A stretch of DNA of 64,000 nt from a virus (IMGVR_UViG_3300020048_000019:1-64000); one strand, 5' to 3'. Shown: positions 1-8,950, numbered from the stretch's first letter. The notes: generated by a model from the letters alone, not told the origin. Numbers and translations: made by a program.

Positions 1-6
1 TTTTGG

Positions 7-35
7 TTGACCAAAAATGCCCAATTTGCTATAAT
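7..35 (+). promoter_or_regulatory. sigma70-like early promoter: TTGACC(7-12)-N17-TATAAT(30-35), extended TGCTATAAT
   Basis: Read directly. Consensus -35/-10 with 17-nt spacer and an RBS (aaggag) before a 48-aa ORF at 67. The same ~55-bp element recurs at 8651-8707. Confidence 0.55.
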
Positions 36-66
36 ATACACATAGCAAAGCAAAAAGGAGAACGAA

Positions 67-210
67 ATGACTGTAGCAGATTTGATAGCACAATTGCAAC
101 AATTGCCACAAGATGCAGAAGTTTGGGTTTCGCAGAACGGTGGCGAGTATTTGGGCGACATGAGCGGTGAAGTTGATGTTCAAGACGGTCGCGTGATATT
201 TTTGGACTGA
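67..210 (+). CDS. hypothetical small protein (48 aa)
   Basis: ATG at 67 preceded by AAGGAG. Below the 60-aa cutoff of the ORF track. Sits downstream of the consensus promoter. Confidence 0.3.
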   Translation: MTVADLIAQLQQLPQDAEVWVSQNGGEYLGDMSGEVDVQDGRVIFLD

Positions 211-382
211 GGAGATTGATATGACTATGCTTAGAGGCGGGAAGACAGGTGCCAATCCCGGACTCTTGCAGGACGACTCTAGGGCGTTGTTCCGCTGGTT
301 TGCTAGCAGAATGGATGCTCGTTGGACACTCCGCAGGGTCTTGACAAGTTGGTAATTATGAAGCGACTCAAGGAGCGGTAAT

Positions 383-919
383 ATGGAAAACTTTACAATG
401 GAACAAAGCGGCATGGATGTAGTGCGCAAGGCACAAGTGTATGCCATGGCTGCTCACGCCGCAGTTGGACAGAAGCGTAAGTACACTGGTGAGCCCTACA
501 TCGTTCACCCTGCTGAGGTAGCAAAGATTGTAGCAGGCGTGCCAGGTGCTATACCCGACATGGTTGCGGCTGCTTGGTTGCATGATGTTGTGGAAGACAC
601 CGGTTGCACATTCACCGACATCCATATGGCTTTTGGTATTGACATCGCTACCTTGGTTGGATGGTTGACTGATGTGTCCGTGCCCGAAGATGGCAATCGT
701 GCTGTTCGCAAGGCCATGGACCGTGAGCATAGTGCGGCAGCACCTGCTGAAGCACAGACAGTTAAGTTGGCTGATTTGATCAGCAACAGTCGCAGTATCG
801 TACAACATGACCCTGCGTTCGCCAAGACTTACTTGGAAGAAAAGAGAATGTTGTTGGCTGTGATGACCCGGGGTGATCGTGGTTTGCACGCCGAAGCAAG
901 CCGGTACGTAGGAGTTTAA
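383..919 (+). CDS. HD-domain (p)ppGpp hydrolase-like protein (small alarmone hydrolase / SpoT-Mesh1-type HD)
   Basis: Motifs YIVHPAEVAKIV and AAWLHDVVEDT match the RelA/SpoT HD-domain signature (H..HD..EDT). RBS AAGGAGCGG upstream. Confidence 0.55.
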   Translation: MENFTMEQSGMDVVRKAQVYAMAAHAAVGQKRKYTGEPYIVHPAEVAKIVAGVPGAIPDMVAAAWLHDVVEDTGCTFTDIHMAFGIDIATLVGWLTDVSVPEDGNRAVRKAMDREHSAAAPAEAQTVKLADLISNSRSIVQHDPAFAKTYLEEKRMLLAVMTRGDRGLHAEASRYVGV

Positions 920-920
920 C

Positions 921-1118
921 ATGAACGAACGAATTAAAGAACTTATTGAACAATGTACTGATCGTCACTTTAGTGAGTGTGTTGGAGGTTTTGAAACTTT
1001 TGACAAAGAAAAGTTCGCCGAGTTGATTGTGAAAGAATGTGCGAATGTTGCTGAAGAAGTAGATGGCGATTCACGGGCAAGAAAATGCGTGTTAGAACAT
1101 TTCGGAGTTGAAGAATGA
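921..1118 (+). CDS. hypothetical small protein, tandem paralog 1 (MNERI.EL.EQ ... KFAELIV.ECA ... EHFGVE)
   Basis: ORF abuts the preceding stop. Clear paralogy to the next ORF. Confidence 0.45.
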   Translation: MNERIKELIEQCTDRHFSECVGGFETFDKEKFAELIVKECANVAEEVDGDSRARKCVLEHFGVEE

Positions 1119-1342
1119 ACGAACGAATTCTAGAACTTGCTGAACAGGCTGAAACATGGAATGCCGATGGAGACAAGTGTGAGGTTGACTTGGAAAAGTT
1201 CGCCGAGTTGATTGTTCGGGAATGTGCTCGTGCTGTTGATAAGGTATACGAAGATGCTGAACCCGATCATGGGTGTTATGACTGGGCTACTTGGGCTGAA
1301 GGTGCAGATGTTTTGAAACATTTCGGAGTAGAAGATGTTTAA
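1115..1342 (+). CDS. hypothetical small protein, tandem paralog 2
   Basis: ATGA overlap with paralog 1. Shares the MNERIxEL, KFAELIVxECA and HFGVE blocks. Confidence 0.45.
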   Translation: MNERILELAEQAETWNADGDKCEVDLEKFAELIVRECARAVDKVYEDAEPDHGCYDWATWAEGADVLKHFGVEDV

Positions 1343-2240
1343 AAAAGAATTGAAAAAGTATGTAGAGACTTCGGGCCTTGTAAACATGAAAGAGGCCGGC
1401 GAAGGCATATATGTACTCAAGTACAAGAAGAAGGTGTTTTATGACAACCTGTGGAACGAGTACATTGCTGAATGTCGTGGATCAATTGTGGACCGGGATT
1501 TTAACCTAGTTACATATCCATTCACAAAGATCTACAACTACGGTATTGAGAAGGAAGCACCAGTACTGGCCGCAAATACTCCAGTAACTGCATTTCGTAA
1601 AGTCAACGGCTTTATGGTTGCTTGTACTTGGTACAAAGGAGACATCCTTGTGTCTACTACCGGTAGCACTGACAGCCTATATGTTAACATGGCCAAGGAA
1701 ATGATGCTAACACATCAAAGCTGGGCCGCCTGGCAATTGGCGTTTAACCGCAGTGACATGGACAACCTAACAGTGATGTTTGAGTGTGTTCACCCCGATG
1801 ACCCACATATCGTACCTGAAAAGGCTGGTATGTATGTACTAGGATATCGTGAAAACATTTGGGGTTCTAAAGTAGGACATCACCGTTCTATTCTAGAAGG
1901 AATGGCAATTGGTTTCAATTGCCATGTACCAGAACATTACTCTACTACTGTGGGCAACCTAGTAGAAGCTACCAAGAATGTCCGTCACGAAGGATTTGTA
2001 TTCTATACTGCGGATGGTGTAAGTGCCAAGATCAAGAGCCCTTACTACTTGACTTCAAAGTGGGTTGCTCGCAATCCACGTACAGACAAGTTGGTAGACT
2101 TGAACAAAGACATCAAGCATAATCTAGACGAAGAATACTATCCACTAGTGGATGCTATCCGTGCTAACATTGTTGAGTATACTGCTATGGACGAGCAAGC
2201 TCGTTTATCGTGGGTGCGTAACTATTTGGAGGCTGTATGA
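1335..2240 (+). CDS. putative ATP-dependent RNA/DNA ligase-like nucleotidyltransferase (Rnl-like)
   Basis: Candidate covalent nucleotidyltransferase motifs: I (RKVNGF, KxNG), IV (HEGFVFY, EGxV) and V (AKIKSPYY, KxK). ATGTTTAA overlap with the upstream gene. Confidence 0.4.
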   Translation: MFKKELKKYVETSGLVNMKEAGEGIYVLKYKKKVFYDNLWNEYIAECRGSIVDRDFNLVTYPFTKIYNYGIEKEAPVLAANTPVTAFRKVNGFMVACTWYKGDILVSTTGSTDSLYVNMAKEMMLTHQSWAAWQLAFNRSDMDNLTVMFECVHPDDPHIVPEKAGMYVLGYRENIWGSKVGHHRSILEGMAIGFNCHVPEHYSTTVGNLVEATKNVRHEGFVFYTADGVSAKIKSPYYLTSKWVARNPRTDKLVDLNKDIKHNLDEEYYPLVDAIRANIVEYTAMDEQARLSWVRNYLEAV

Positions 2241-2412
2241 AAGATGAAAGTCATCTGCCCGTAGCAGAACAAAGTCTTGTGTTCCGTTTGCGCAAGCGAG
2301 CCGAGATTCGCCGAAACATCAAGGATCGCAAAAGTGTGCAAGAAGGTGCCAAGGATCGTATTGCAGATTTGCTAGAAGAAGCTGCTGATGAGATTGAACG
2401 TTTATCTAAGTA
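2237..2412 (+). CDS. hypothetical small charged/coiled-coil-like protein (58 aa)
   Basis: ATGA overlap with the ligase-like gene stop. Not in the ORF track (<60 aa). Its 3' end converges on the minus-strand gene 2402..3568. Confidence 0.25.
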
Positions 2413-3568
2413 AAATCTCTTTTACCCTTGCAAGATCAATATTTTGCAAGGGTAATTCTTTTCCGTCCACTCTGCCATTATTCCAGAGGCGTACCGAAAG
2501 TTCAAAGTTGTCAACCAACTCATTGACAATACGATGCCTAAAAGTAGTCCACAAGTGATTAAAGTTATGCTCTAGAACTGGCTGCATCTCTTGATGCATT
2601 AGACGCAGTTCACTATCACTCATGGCGCACAAGCGTTGCGTTTGATCTGCGATAGCTTGCAAGCGTTGGTCAGGATCTTGGATAGTATCATAACTTTCAT
2701 CAATCCATTGATCAAATGTTTGAAAGCCATAGCTTTTCAAATACGCAAGATTGCCAGGTGCTGCCGCTAGCATAAACGGGCGTTGTGCCACAATAGGTTT
2801 GAATATTTTTTCTGTTAGGTGCAACTTGTTGTAATAAAACACAGTTTCGGTAACTATGTGCCATAGTCCTGATTTCCACAGATCAAATTCTTGATGGCCA
2901 AAGTCTGCACTTAAACTTCCCGTCGTGTTGTCCTTGTCGAGTATCAAAGACTGGTCCAAGTTCTGCGCAATCAGCTCACGTGCAGGAACACTGAGCCTGG
3001 TGTCGGGACTGGCAATTTCTTGTTGCCAGGTGCCGTATTCTGTATGCCCTAGATGCAAACTAACATGTCCTTGGTCAAGTAAATTTTGTTTGGATAGTCT
3101 GGCCACTAAATTTAGGCGATAACTTCGATCGTTTGTGTGTAAACGATTCATGGTAATGTACGGCCTGGTCCAGTCAACGTCTTGATCGAGGTGCCTGGCA
3201 TCCCGATACCAGTCTAACGCAGCAAATCCATGAAAGAAATAGTACCAATCTAGGTACTGATTTTCTTTAAGCAGATGTTGTTTTAACGCCGACTGCTCAC
3301 TGTTGGCCAACACTTTGAATTCACTAAAAAAATGTGTAAATGTGCAATCGTAAACACTTTTGCTGTTGATAGGTTCTTGATCAAAAAAATAGCAAATGGG
3401 ACTTTTAAGCAAGGGGCGGTTGCTTCGCCCCCTGAAAGGCAGGTATCGGCCGTACCCAAGATCAACTGCATCTACTGATCCAAACTGCCAATACATAACA
3501 TCATGGACGCCCAGTGGTTTTAGTAGATGCTGGTGTAAGACATAGTAAAAATTTTCAATGGAACACAT
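2402..3568 (-). CDS. fucosyltransferase-like (GT10-like) glycosyltransferase, paralog 1 of 5
   Basis: C-terminal block ETVFYYNKLHLTEKIFKPI..PFML.AAPGNLAYLKSYGFQTF..ESYD is shared with four other ORFs. It resembles the alpha-1,3-FucT motif FENS..DYITEK. ATG start confirmed (cat at 3566-3568). Confidence 0.5.
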   Translation of the reverse strand: MCSIENFYYVLHQHLLKPLGVHDVMYWQFGSVDAVDLGYGRYLPFRGRSNRPLLKSPICYFFDQEPINSKSVYDCTFTHFFSEFKVLANSEQSALKQHLLKENQYLDWYYFFHGFAALDWYRDARHLDQDVDWTRPYITMNRLHTNDRSYRLNLVARLSKQNLLDQGHVSLHLGHTEYGTWQQEIASPDTRLSVPARELIAQNLDQSLILDKDNTTGSLSADFGHQEFDLWKSGLWHIVTETVFYYNKLHLTEKIFKPIVAQRPFMLAAAPGNLAYLKSYGFQTFDQWIDESYDTIQDPDQRLQAIADQTQRLCAMSDSELRLMHQEMQPVLEHNFNHLWTTFRHRIVNELVDNFELSVRLWNNGRVDGKELPLQNIDLARVKEILLR

Positions 3569-3642
3569 AGCAGATCTTGTATTTAATCAAGCTAATACTA
3601 GAGTAGTACATTCAATGACCCTGAACTGTGTAGGGTTTCTGC

Positions 3643-3671
3643 TTGGCAGAAATTTTGTAATTTGCTATAAT
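3643..3671 (+). promoter_or_regulatory. sigma70-like promoter TTGGCA-N17-TATAAT (TTTGCTATAAT)
   Basis: Read directly. Lies upstream of a small ORF starting at 3702. Confidence 0.4.
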
Positions 3672-3701
3672 AAACACTTGTTAACGCAAAAGGAACCTGT
3701 A

Positions 3702-3869
3702 ATGAGCAAGATGAATGAACTAGACCAAGATATCCAGTACTTGCTGGCCGAAGGTAAGAATCCAGTTCAGGTGGCTTTGGCCTTGGAGATTCCTGTGAGC
3801 TGGGTCTACGAAAGCAGCCAGGATCACGCAGACGAAGACTGTGGTCCTTTTGCAACAATCAACAGTTGA
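3702..3869 (+). CDS. hypothetical small protein (55 aa, MSKMNELDQ...)
   Basis: In-frame ATG after the promoter and a purine-rich RBS. The longer ORF 3558..3869 in the track probably over-extends upstream. Confidence 0.3.
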   Translation: MSKMNELDQDIQYLLAEGKNPVQVALALEIPVSWVYESSQDHADEDCGPFATINS

Positions 3870-3893
3870 CCAATAAATTGCAAAGCCTTATAA
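3865..3893 (+). promoter_or_regulatory. sigma70-like promoter TTGACC-N17-TATAAT, -10 embedded in the palindrome aagccttataattaaggctt
   Basis: Read directly. Lies 45 nt upstream of the cobS start. Confidence 0.45.
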
Positions 3894-3938
3894 TTAAGGC
3901 TTACTAAACAAGTTTTGTATTTTTTGAAAGGTAATTAA

Positions 3939-5021
3939 ATGTCTGAAACACGCACCGTTAGTTCTGTCCAGGCCCGCAAAAGTCTGTTGTCTGCATTCAA
4001 AGTCAAGCGTCCTGTGTTCCTGTGGGGCCCTCCTGGTATTGGCAAAAGCGAACTGGTTGAAGGTATCACTGCCGAAATGGGCGGCTTGATGATTGACTTG
4101 CGACTGGGTCAGATGGAACCCACTGACATTCGTGGTATTCCGTTTTACAACAAGGACAAGAATGTGATGGAGTATGCTCCTCCTATCGACTTGCCTGATG
4201 AAGAAACTGCGGCACAGTATCCTATCGTGGTGCTGTTCTTGGATGAGATGAACGCGGCACCTGCGTCTGTGCAATCAGCCGCCTACCAGCTGATCTTGAA
4301 TCGTCGAGTAGGTAAGTATAAACTGCCTGACAATGTTGTGATGGTTGCTGCTGGTAACCGTGAAAGCGACAAAGGTGTTACTTACCGCATGCCAACTCCG
4401 CTGGCAAACCGCTTTATTCACCAAGAGATGAAGGTGGACTTTGCATCCTGGCAAGAGTGGGCAGTGCAACACAATGTCCACAAAGACGTTGTGGGTTACT
4501 TGAGTTTTGCCAAGCAGGACCTGTATGATTTTGATGCCAAGAGCTCAAGCCGTGCATTTGCCACACCGCGTACCTGGAGCTTTGTGAGTGAGCTGCTGGA
4601 CGAAGGTGGCGACGACGACACCATGACCAACCTGATTGCAGGTACAGTTGGAGAAGGCCTTGCTGTAAAGTTCATGGCACACCGCAAGATTGCAGGTCGT
4701 ATGCCTAACCCAACAGACATCTTGAAGGGCAAGGTCAAGGACCTGAACGTGAAAGAAGTCAGTGCCATGTACAGCTTGGTGATCTCCATGTGCTACGAAC
4801 TCAAGGCGCAGGTGGCAGACAAGCCAGTTGACAAAGAGTTCCACGAAATGGCTGACAACTTCTTTGGCTACATGATGAAGAACTTTGAGACTGAACTGGT
4901 TGTGATGGGTGCTCGTATTGCGCTTACCACATACAACCTTCCGTTCCAGCCTACCAAGCTCAAGAACTTTGACGAGTTCCATCAGCGCTTTGGTAAGTAT
5001 ATCCTGCAAGCAAGTGCTTGA
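3939..5021 (+). CDS. cobS: CobS-like / MoxR-family AAA+ ATPase (cyanophage cobS-type)
   Basis: Walker A LWGPPGIGKSEL and Walker B VLFLDEMNAA. Overall MoxR/CobS architecture. Followed by a strong intrinsic terminator. Confidence 0.7.
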   Translation: MSETRTVSSVQARKSLLSAFKVKRPVFLWGPPGIGKSELVEGITAEMGGLMIDLRLGQMEPTDIRGIPFYNKDKNVMEYAPPIDLPDEETAAQYPIVVLFLDEMNAAPASVQSAAYQLILNRRVGKYKLPDNVVMVAAGNRESDKGVTYRMPTPLANRFIHQEMKVDFASWQEWAVQHNVHKDVVGYLSFAKQDLYDFDAKSSSRAFATPRTWSFVSELLDEGGDDDTMTNLIAGTVGEGLAVKFMAHRKIAGRMPNPTDILKGKVKDLNVKEVSAMYSLVISMCYELKAQVADKPVDKEFHEMADNFFGYMMKNFETELVVMGARIALTTYNLPFQPTKLKNFDEFHQRFGKYILQASA

Positions 5022-5033
5022 TAGGCAACAACT

Positions 5034-5056
5034 AAAGGGGCTTTGGCCCCTTTTTC
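5034..5056 (+). terminator. rho-independent terminator: aaaGGGGCtttgGCCCCttttt
   Basis: 5-bp GC stem extended by A:T pairs, 4-nt loop, T5 run, immediately after the cobS stop. Confidence 0.6.
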
Positions 5057-5073
5057 TATATACGGAGCAGAAC

Positions 5074-5313
5074 ATGGGCTGGATAGTATATTCCAAGAAG
5101 AATCATGAACTTTTGAGATACTATGATACTGAATCAAAAGCGCAGGCACAGGTAACCGGACATAATAAGAAAGCACTTTGGTCTGTGTTGAGTCGCCCTA
5201 ACAGTGTAAAAGAAGAATGGGCCTATTGTGAGTGGAATGAATACGAAGAAATATTCAAACAATATTACCAACAACAAAAACCTTACATGTTACAGCGAAG
5301 CAGTTATAGATGA
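5074..5313 (+). CDS. hypothetical small protein (79 aa)
   Basis: First ATG after the terminator, GGAG RBS. The longer track ORF 4909..5313 overlaps cobS and the terminator and is unlikely to be real. Confidence 0.3.
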   Translation: MGWIVYSKKNHELLRYYDTESKAQAQVTGHNKKALWSVLSRPNSVKEEWAYCEWNEYEEIFKQYYQQQKPYMLQRSSYR

Positions 5314-5648
5314 GATACCAAGTTATAAAAATGGACAAGCGACATGCCTACTACGGCAGTTTTCGCTATATACTAGAGTTCTCTAAAAGCACTTGGTCAG
5401 GCACTGGCGTGTTGGATTTTGATCGTGCTAGGCGTTGGATGAACCAGACCTGGGGCTGGAGTCAGGATGTTGATACCCGACAAAATCTAGTTAATCGCCA
5501 GGCTGATCTTACTAATACCGCAGTTCAAGAACAAGACATTAACAGGCATTGGGCATACTCTGTAGAATATAAACAATATCGTATCTACTTGAAAAATGAC
5601 AAAGAACTAAACTGGTTTTTGCTAAGTCATCCAGCAACTCAACTATGA
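5310..5648 (+). CDS. hypothetical protein (112 aa)
   Basis: ORF with ATGA overlaps at both ends. Confidence 0.4.
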   Translation: MRYQVIKMDKRHAYYGSFRYILEFSKSTWSGTGVLDFDRARRWMNQTWGWSQDVDTRQNLVNRQADLTNTAVQEQDINRHWAYSVEYKQYRIYLKNDKELNWFLLSHPATQL

Positions 5649-7144
5649 AAATTGTGTTATTGTCTGTTCCGTATTGTGAGCCTTTTCCTATGGTTGCTCC
5701 AGTATTGCTTAGTGCCTGTTTGAATCGGTCCGGGATTTCTGCGGTAGGAATCGATTTTAATATAGCTTTTTTAAAAGAATTTTCTGATCAGCCCTGGTTC
5801 TCTGATTTTAAAATTATGCTGTGCATGGGGCACATTTTCTCTTCCAAATTTGAGCGCAAGGTGTTCAAGGATGTTTATCGTTTTACGCGAAACTTCCTCC
5901 AACAAGTACATCGAGACTATCAACCCGAATGGGTCGGACTAAGCATTTTTACTTCCGAGAGTTTGGACTTTGGGTTGATCATGAGTTATATGTTGAGACG
6001 GCATTGGCCAAATACACGCATTATTGCCGGTGGTAAAGGATTAGAAGTCACACATAACGACCAAGTAAAACACTATAATATCTGGATCGACAACGGTATT
6101 GCCGACACAGTTATTGTCGGGGACGCTGAAGCTGAAGTAATCAATACCATACGTGAGAACAAGACTGGACTAATACAGGCCACACAACAAACCAAACAGG
6201 ACCTTGACGATATACCTGTCCCTGAATGGAGCAGTTATGACCTACTCCAGTATTCTAATCAAGATCTTGATCAAGAAGCCTATATGACTGTAACTGGCAG
6301 CAAGGGCTGCGTCCGTAAATGTACATTCTGTGATGTTGGAGATTTTTGGCCTGATTTCATTTATCGAGATCCAATCAAGGTTGCCAACGAAATAATTCAC
6401 AATTATCACAGTACTGGCATTCGAAATTTTGAGTTCACGGACAATTTGATAAACGGTAGTATTTCAAACTATCGCACAATGAATCAACGATTGGTTGAGG
6501 TTATTCCGGGAAAAATCTCATATAATGGTTTTGCAATTTTTCGTGGGAAAGAACAGATGCCAATCCAAGATTTTCGATTGGCTGCGCAGGCTGGTTGTAA
6601 GTTATGGGCAGTTGGGGTTGAAAGTGGTAGCGAACGAGTTCGCTGGGCCATGAAGAAAAAGTTTAGCAATAATGATATTGACTGGAGTGTTAACGCATTA
6701 CATTCCAATGGCATCGCGCATGCTTGGTTACTCATGGTGGGGTATCCGAGTGAAACTGAATCAGATTTTCAAGAGACCAAGGCACTGCTTCGACGATACG
6801 CTCACCTGGCTCCGAATCGAATGATACAGTTGAATATTACTCCTACATTTTCTTTGCTGAATAATAGTCCGTTATTGAAGCAATCAGAACTAGCAGTTGA
6901 ATATGGCCTCGACCGTCACGCCACTTGGACTAATGACAAATTCTGGACCAGCACAGTTTATGTGGACAACGATTATCCAACCAGAAGTCGCTGGTGGAAG
7001 GAACTAGTATCTCTTGCACTTGAACTTGGTTATAGTTTTAAATCAACGGCCATGATCGACAAATACTCTCAAGAGATTACTAACCTAGACAGGGTTTACA
7101 ATGAAACACACCGCAAAGTTTTTACTATCCGTTCAGGTCAATAA
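5645..7144 (+). CDS. B12-binding (class B) radical SAM enzyme
   Basis: N-terminal Rossmann-like B12-binding-type region followed by TGSKGCVRKCTFCDVG (CxxxCxxC), then the usual radical-SAM core length. ATGA overlap with the upstream gene. Confidence 0.6.
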   Translation: MKIVLLSVPYCEPFPMVAPVLLSACLNRSGISAVGIDFNIAFLKEFSDQPWFSDFKIMLCMGHIFSSKFERKVFKDVYRFTRNFLQQVHRDYQPEWVGLSIFTSESLDFGLIMSYMLRRHWPNTRIIAGGKGLEVTHNDQVKHYNIWIDNGIADTVIVGDAEAEVINTIRENKTGLIQATQQTKQDLDDIPVPEWSSYDLLQYSNQDLDQEAYMTVTGSKGCVRKCTFCDVGDFWPDFIYRDPIKVANEIIHNYHSTGIRNFEFTDNLINGSISNYRTMNQRLVEVIPGKISYNGFAIFRGKEQMPIQDFRLAAQAGCKLWAVGVESGSERVRWAMKKKFSNNDIDWSVNALHSNGIAHAWLLMVGYPSETESDFQETKALLRRYAHLAPNRMIQLNITPTFSLLNNSPLLKQSELAVEYGLDRHATWTNDKFWTSTVYVDNDYPTRSRWWKELVSLALELGYSFKSTAMIDKYSQEITNLDRVYNETHRKVFTIRSGQ

Positions 7145-7508
7145 AGTTGATGTAGACATTGGATATACTGTTACTCCGGGTAGTCGCAGTTGGCAGCAAG
7201 ATGAATTAATCTGGCATGAATGGGAATATAATCCAAAATTGATCTTTGTGGCACAAGTTAATGCTATCAAAGAACTGGAGGGGCAAAGTCATATTATTGT
7301 GTCTAACTTGCAGGCCAATCAGATTCCACTAAATCAAATTGATTGTTTTGGTGTTTATAAAAGAACTGATACCAACCAAGTAGTGCCAGACGCATATGGA
7401 TATATGAGCTGGCAAGGTACGTATACATTTAAAATCAGATTCTCGCCGCAAATCCATAATTATATTACATACTTTTTAAAAGTTTGCAGTCATGAAAGTC
7501 ATTGTTAA
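7101..7508 (+). CDS. hypothetical protein
   Basis: ORF only. Overlaps the preceding gene by 44 nt, so the start is uncertain. Confidence 0.3.
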   Translation: MKHTAKFLLSVQVNKVDVDIGYTVTPGSRSWQQDELIWHEWEYNPKLIFVAQVNAIKELEGQSHIIVSNLQANQIPLNQIDCFGVYKRTDTNQVVPDAYGYMSWQGTYTFKIRFSPQIHNYITYFLKVCSHESHC

Positions 7509-7773
7509 AAAAAATTTGATTATATTCAGAAGCCCCGAAGAGTGGCGACCGATAATGGATCAGTTGATACTAGAGCACGGTATCAAGATCAGTATCTCTT
7601 GGGTCATGCGTCGCGAGTTAGGATTTACTGTGCGAACCCACCGCGCCTTGATCCCAAATGACCATATCAAACCTGGGCGGCCTGATATGCATTATGAAGA
7701 TCAGGTTTGTCTTGACTTCTTTAACGAAAGTACACAGAGTTGGTTTGTGTTGCGCTACTTGAATCTTAACTAG
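7492..7773 (+). CDS. hypothetical protein
   Basis: ORF only. Confidence 0.3.
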   Translation: MKVIVKKNLIIFRSPEEWRPIMDQLILEHGIKISISWVMRRELGFTVRTHRALIPNDHIKPGRPDMHYEDQVCLDFFNESTQSWFVLRYLNLN

Positions 7774-7779
7774 TCTAAT

Positions 7780-8130
7780 ATGGATAGAAAACTTCTAATA
7801 GAAAAATATAAATCAAAGATAGCGTCAACCCGTGGCAGAGTTGATATTAATGGTAATGCCATTGAGATGCGATTAACCGAAGATCAATGGTGTCAGTTAT
7901 GGGAAGAAGCTGAAGTTTTTCCCAACAGAAACTATGTTATTAGCCGAAAAAACGATACTGGACATTATGAACTTGGAAACGTATATATCCAACATAATCT
8001 ACATAATCTAACCGAAGCATTAACTGATAATAGTGAGCTTGAATATAAGATAACTGAATATGCTATTAAAACTGGTTATAAAAGACGCATTGTAAAGGCC
8101 ATGCTCAAACGAGGGGAACTTGAGTTGTAA
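7780..8130 (+). CDS. hypothetical protein, possible His-Me-finger/HNH-like (GHYELGNVYIQHNLHN)
   Basis: ATG confirmed. The H/N-rich C-terminal block resembles HNH endonucleases loosely. Followed by a terminator. Confidence 0.4.
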   Translation: MDRKLLIEKYKSKIASTRGRVDINGNAIEMRLTEDQWCQLWEEAEVFPNRNYVISRKNDTGHYELGNVYIQHNLHNLTEALTDNSELEYKITEYAIKTGYKRRIVKAMLKRGELEL

Positions 8131-8149
8131 ATTGCAAGATCTTGTAGCA

Positions 8150-8172
8150 AGCCCGCAAATCGCGGGTTTTTT
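8150..8172 (+). terminator. rho-independent terminator: aGCCCGCaaatcGCGGGtttttt
   Basis: GC stem-loop plus T6 directly after the 7780..8130 stop. Confidence 0.55.
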
Positions 8173-8333
8173 GCTGACTGCAGGAGCGCTATCATGTTGA
8201 TTTATATAGGGTTTTGATCGGCTAAAATCCATGCTTTTGCTACTGTAGGCGCTGACACAAGATCTTCACAAAGAATTGCTGTAAAACGTTCAAGACCCAA
8301 AAACTGTGTACTATTTGCTACAGAACAAAATAG

Positions 8334-8362
8334 TTGACCAATATTTCCCATTCTGCTATAAT
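8334..8362 (+). promoter_or_regulatory. sigma70-like promoter TTGACC-N17-TATAAT (CTGCTATAAT)
   Basis: Read directly. 30 nt upstream of the ORF at 8393, which has an aacaggag RBS. Confidence 0.55.
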
Positions 8363-8392
8363 TAACACTTAAACAGCAAACAGGAGTCAGCG

Positions 8393-8647
8393 ATGATTGT
8401 TAAAACAAGTGATGTGATTCGCAGCTACGATTTTAAACCCATGCTGGGCCGTGAGGATTGCTTTGTTGAAGGCATGGTCATTGAGACTACTAGTGAGCCG
8501 GGCTACCAGGCCTACAAAATTCGAGTAACCAAAGACTCCTGGAACGAAGGTAACGAGACGGGCCGATTTGGCAAGATCATCTTTGTACCCGTGGCCGTGG
8601 CCTACAATGATTATCCAGGCCGTGTGATGAATTTGAGCCGCATCTAA
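8393..8647 (+). CDS. hypothetical protein (84 aa)
   Basis: ORF with promoter and RBS. Confidence 0.5.
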   Translation: MIVKTSDVIRSYDFKPMLGREDCFVEGMVIETTSEPGYQAYKIRVTKDSWNEGNETGRFGKIIFVPVAVAYNDYPGRVMNLSRI

Positions 8648-8652
8648 AACGG

Positions 8653-8681
8653 TTGACCAAAATTGCCCAATTTGCTATAAT
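8653..8681 (+). promoter_or_regulatory. sigma70-like promoter, second copy of the ~55-bp element at 5-60
   Basis: TTGACC(8653-8658)-N17-TATAAT(8676-8681). About 96% identical to positions 5-60, including the downstream acaggag RBS. Confidence 0.55.
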
Positions 8682-8713
8682 ATACACATAGCAAAGCAAA
8701 ACAGGAGCCCAAA

Positions 8714-8938
8714 ATGACCAAGCAATTCGTACAAGTTAGCGCCCACAAAGATAGCAACAACTTTGCTCACTGTAGCAATCTGAGCCTGATGGCAGATCAG
8801 AAACTGACTGCAACACAGGCCCTGCGTTACTTGCAAGTCATGGCCGATGAGTATGCACTAAACGGGTACACAATTGAGTGGATTCGTGAAAATTTTGATT
8901 CGGTCTACGAAGAAATGTACGGCGAATTGTTTGCCTAA
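8714..8938 (+). CDS. hypothetical protein (74 aa)
   Basis: ORF after promoter and RBS. Confidence 0.5.
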   Translation: MTKQFVQVSAHKDSNNFAHCSNLSLMADQKLTATQALRYLQVMADEYALNGYTIEWIRENFDSVYEEMYGELFA

Positions 8939-8950
8939 AAAGGATTTGAA

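Noticed and set aside
505-968. Minus-strand ORFs opposite the HD-domain gene (184, 106 and 62 aa)
   Set aside because: They are antisense shadows of a gene with clear HD motifs. No start context.
3884-3903. Palindrome aagccttataattaaggctt considered as a terminator
   Set aside because: No downstream T-run in phase. It more likely embeds the -10 box of the cobS promoter, or is an operator-like site.
4909-5313. 134-aa ORF overlapping the cobS 3' end
   Set aside because: It spans the strong intrinsic terminator at 5034-5056. Only the portion from ATG 5074 is plausibly expressed.
8172-8392. 220-nt intergenic region checked for a tRNA or small RNA gene
   Set aside because: No cloverleaf-compatible conserved elements (no GTTC-type T-arm or acceptor-stem pairing) were recognised. 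It contains a promoter instead.
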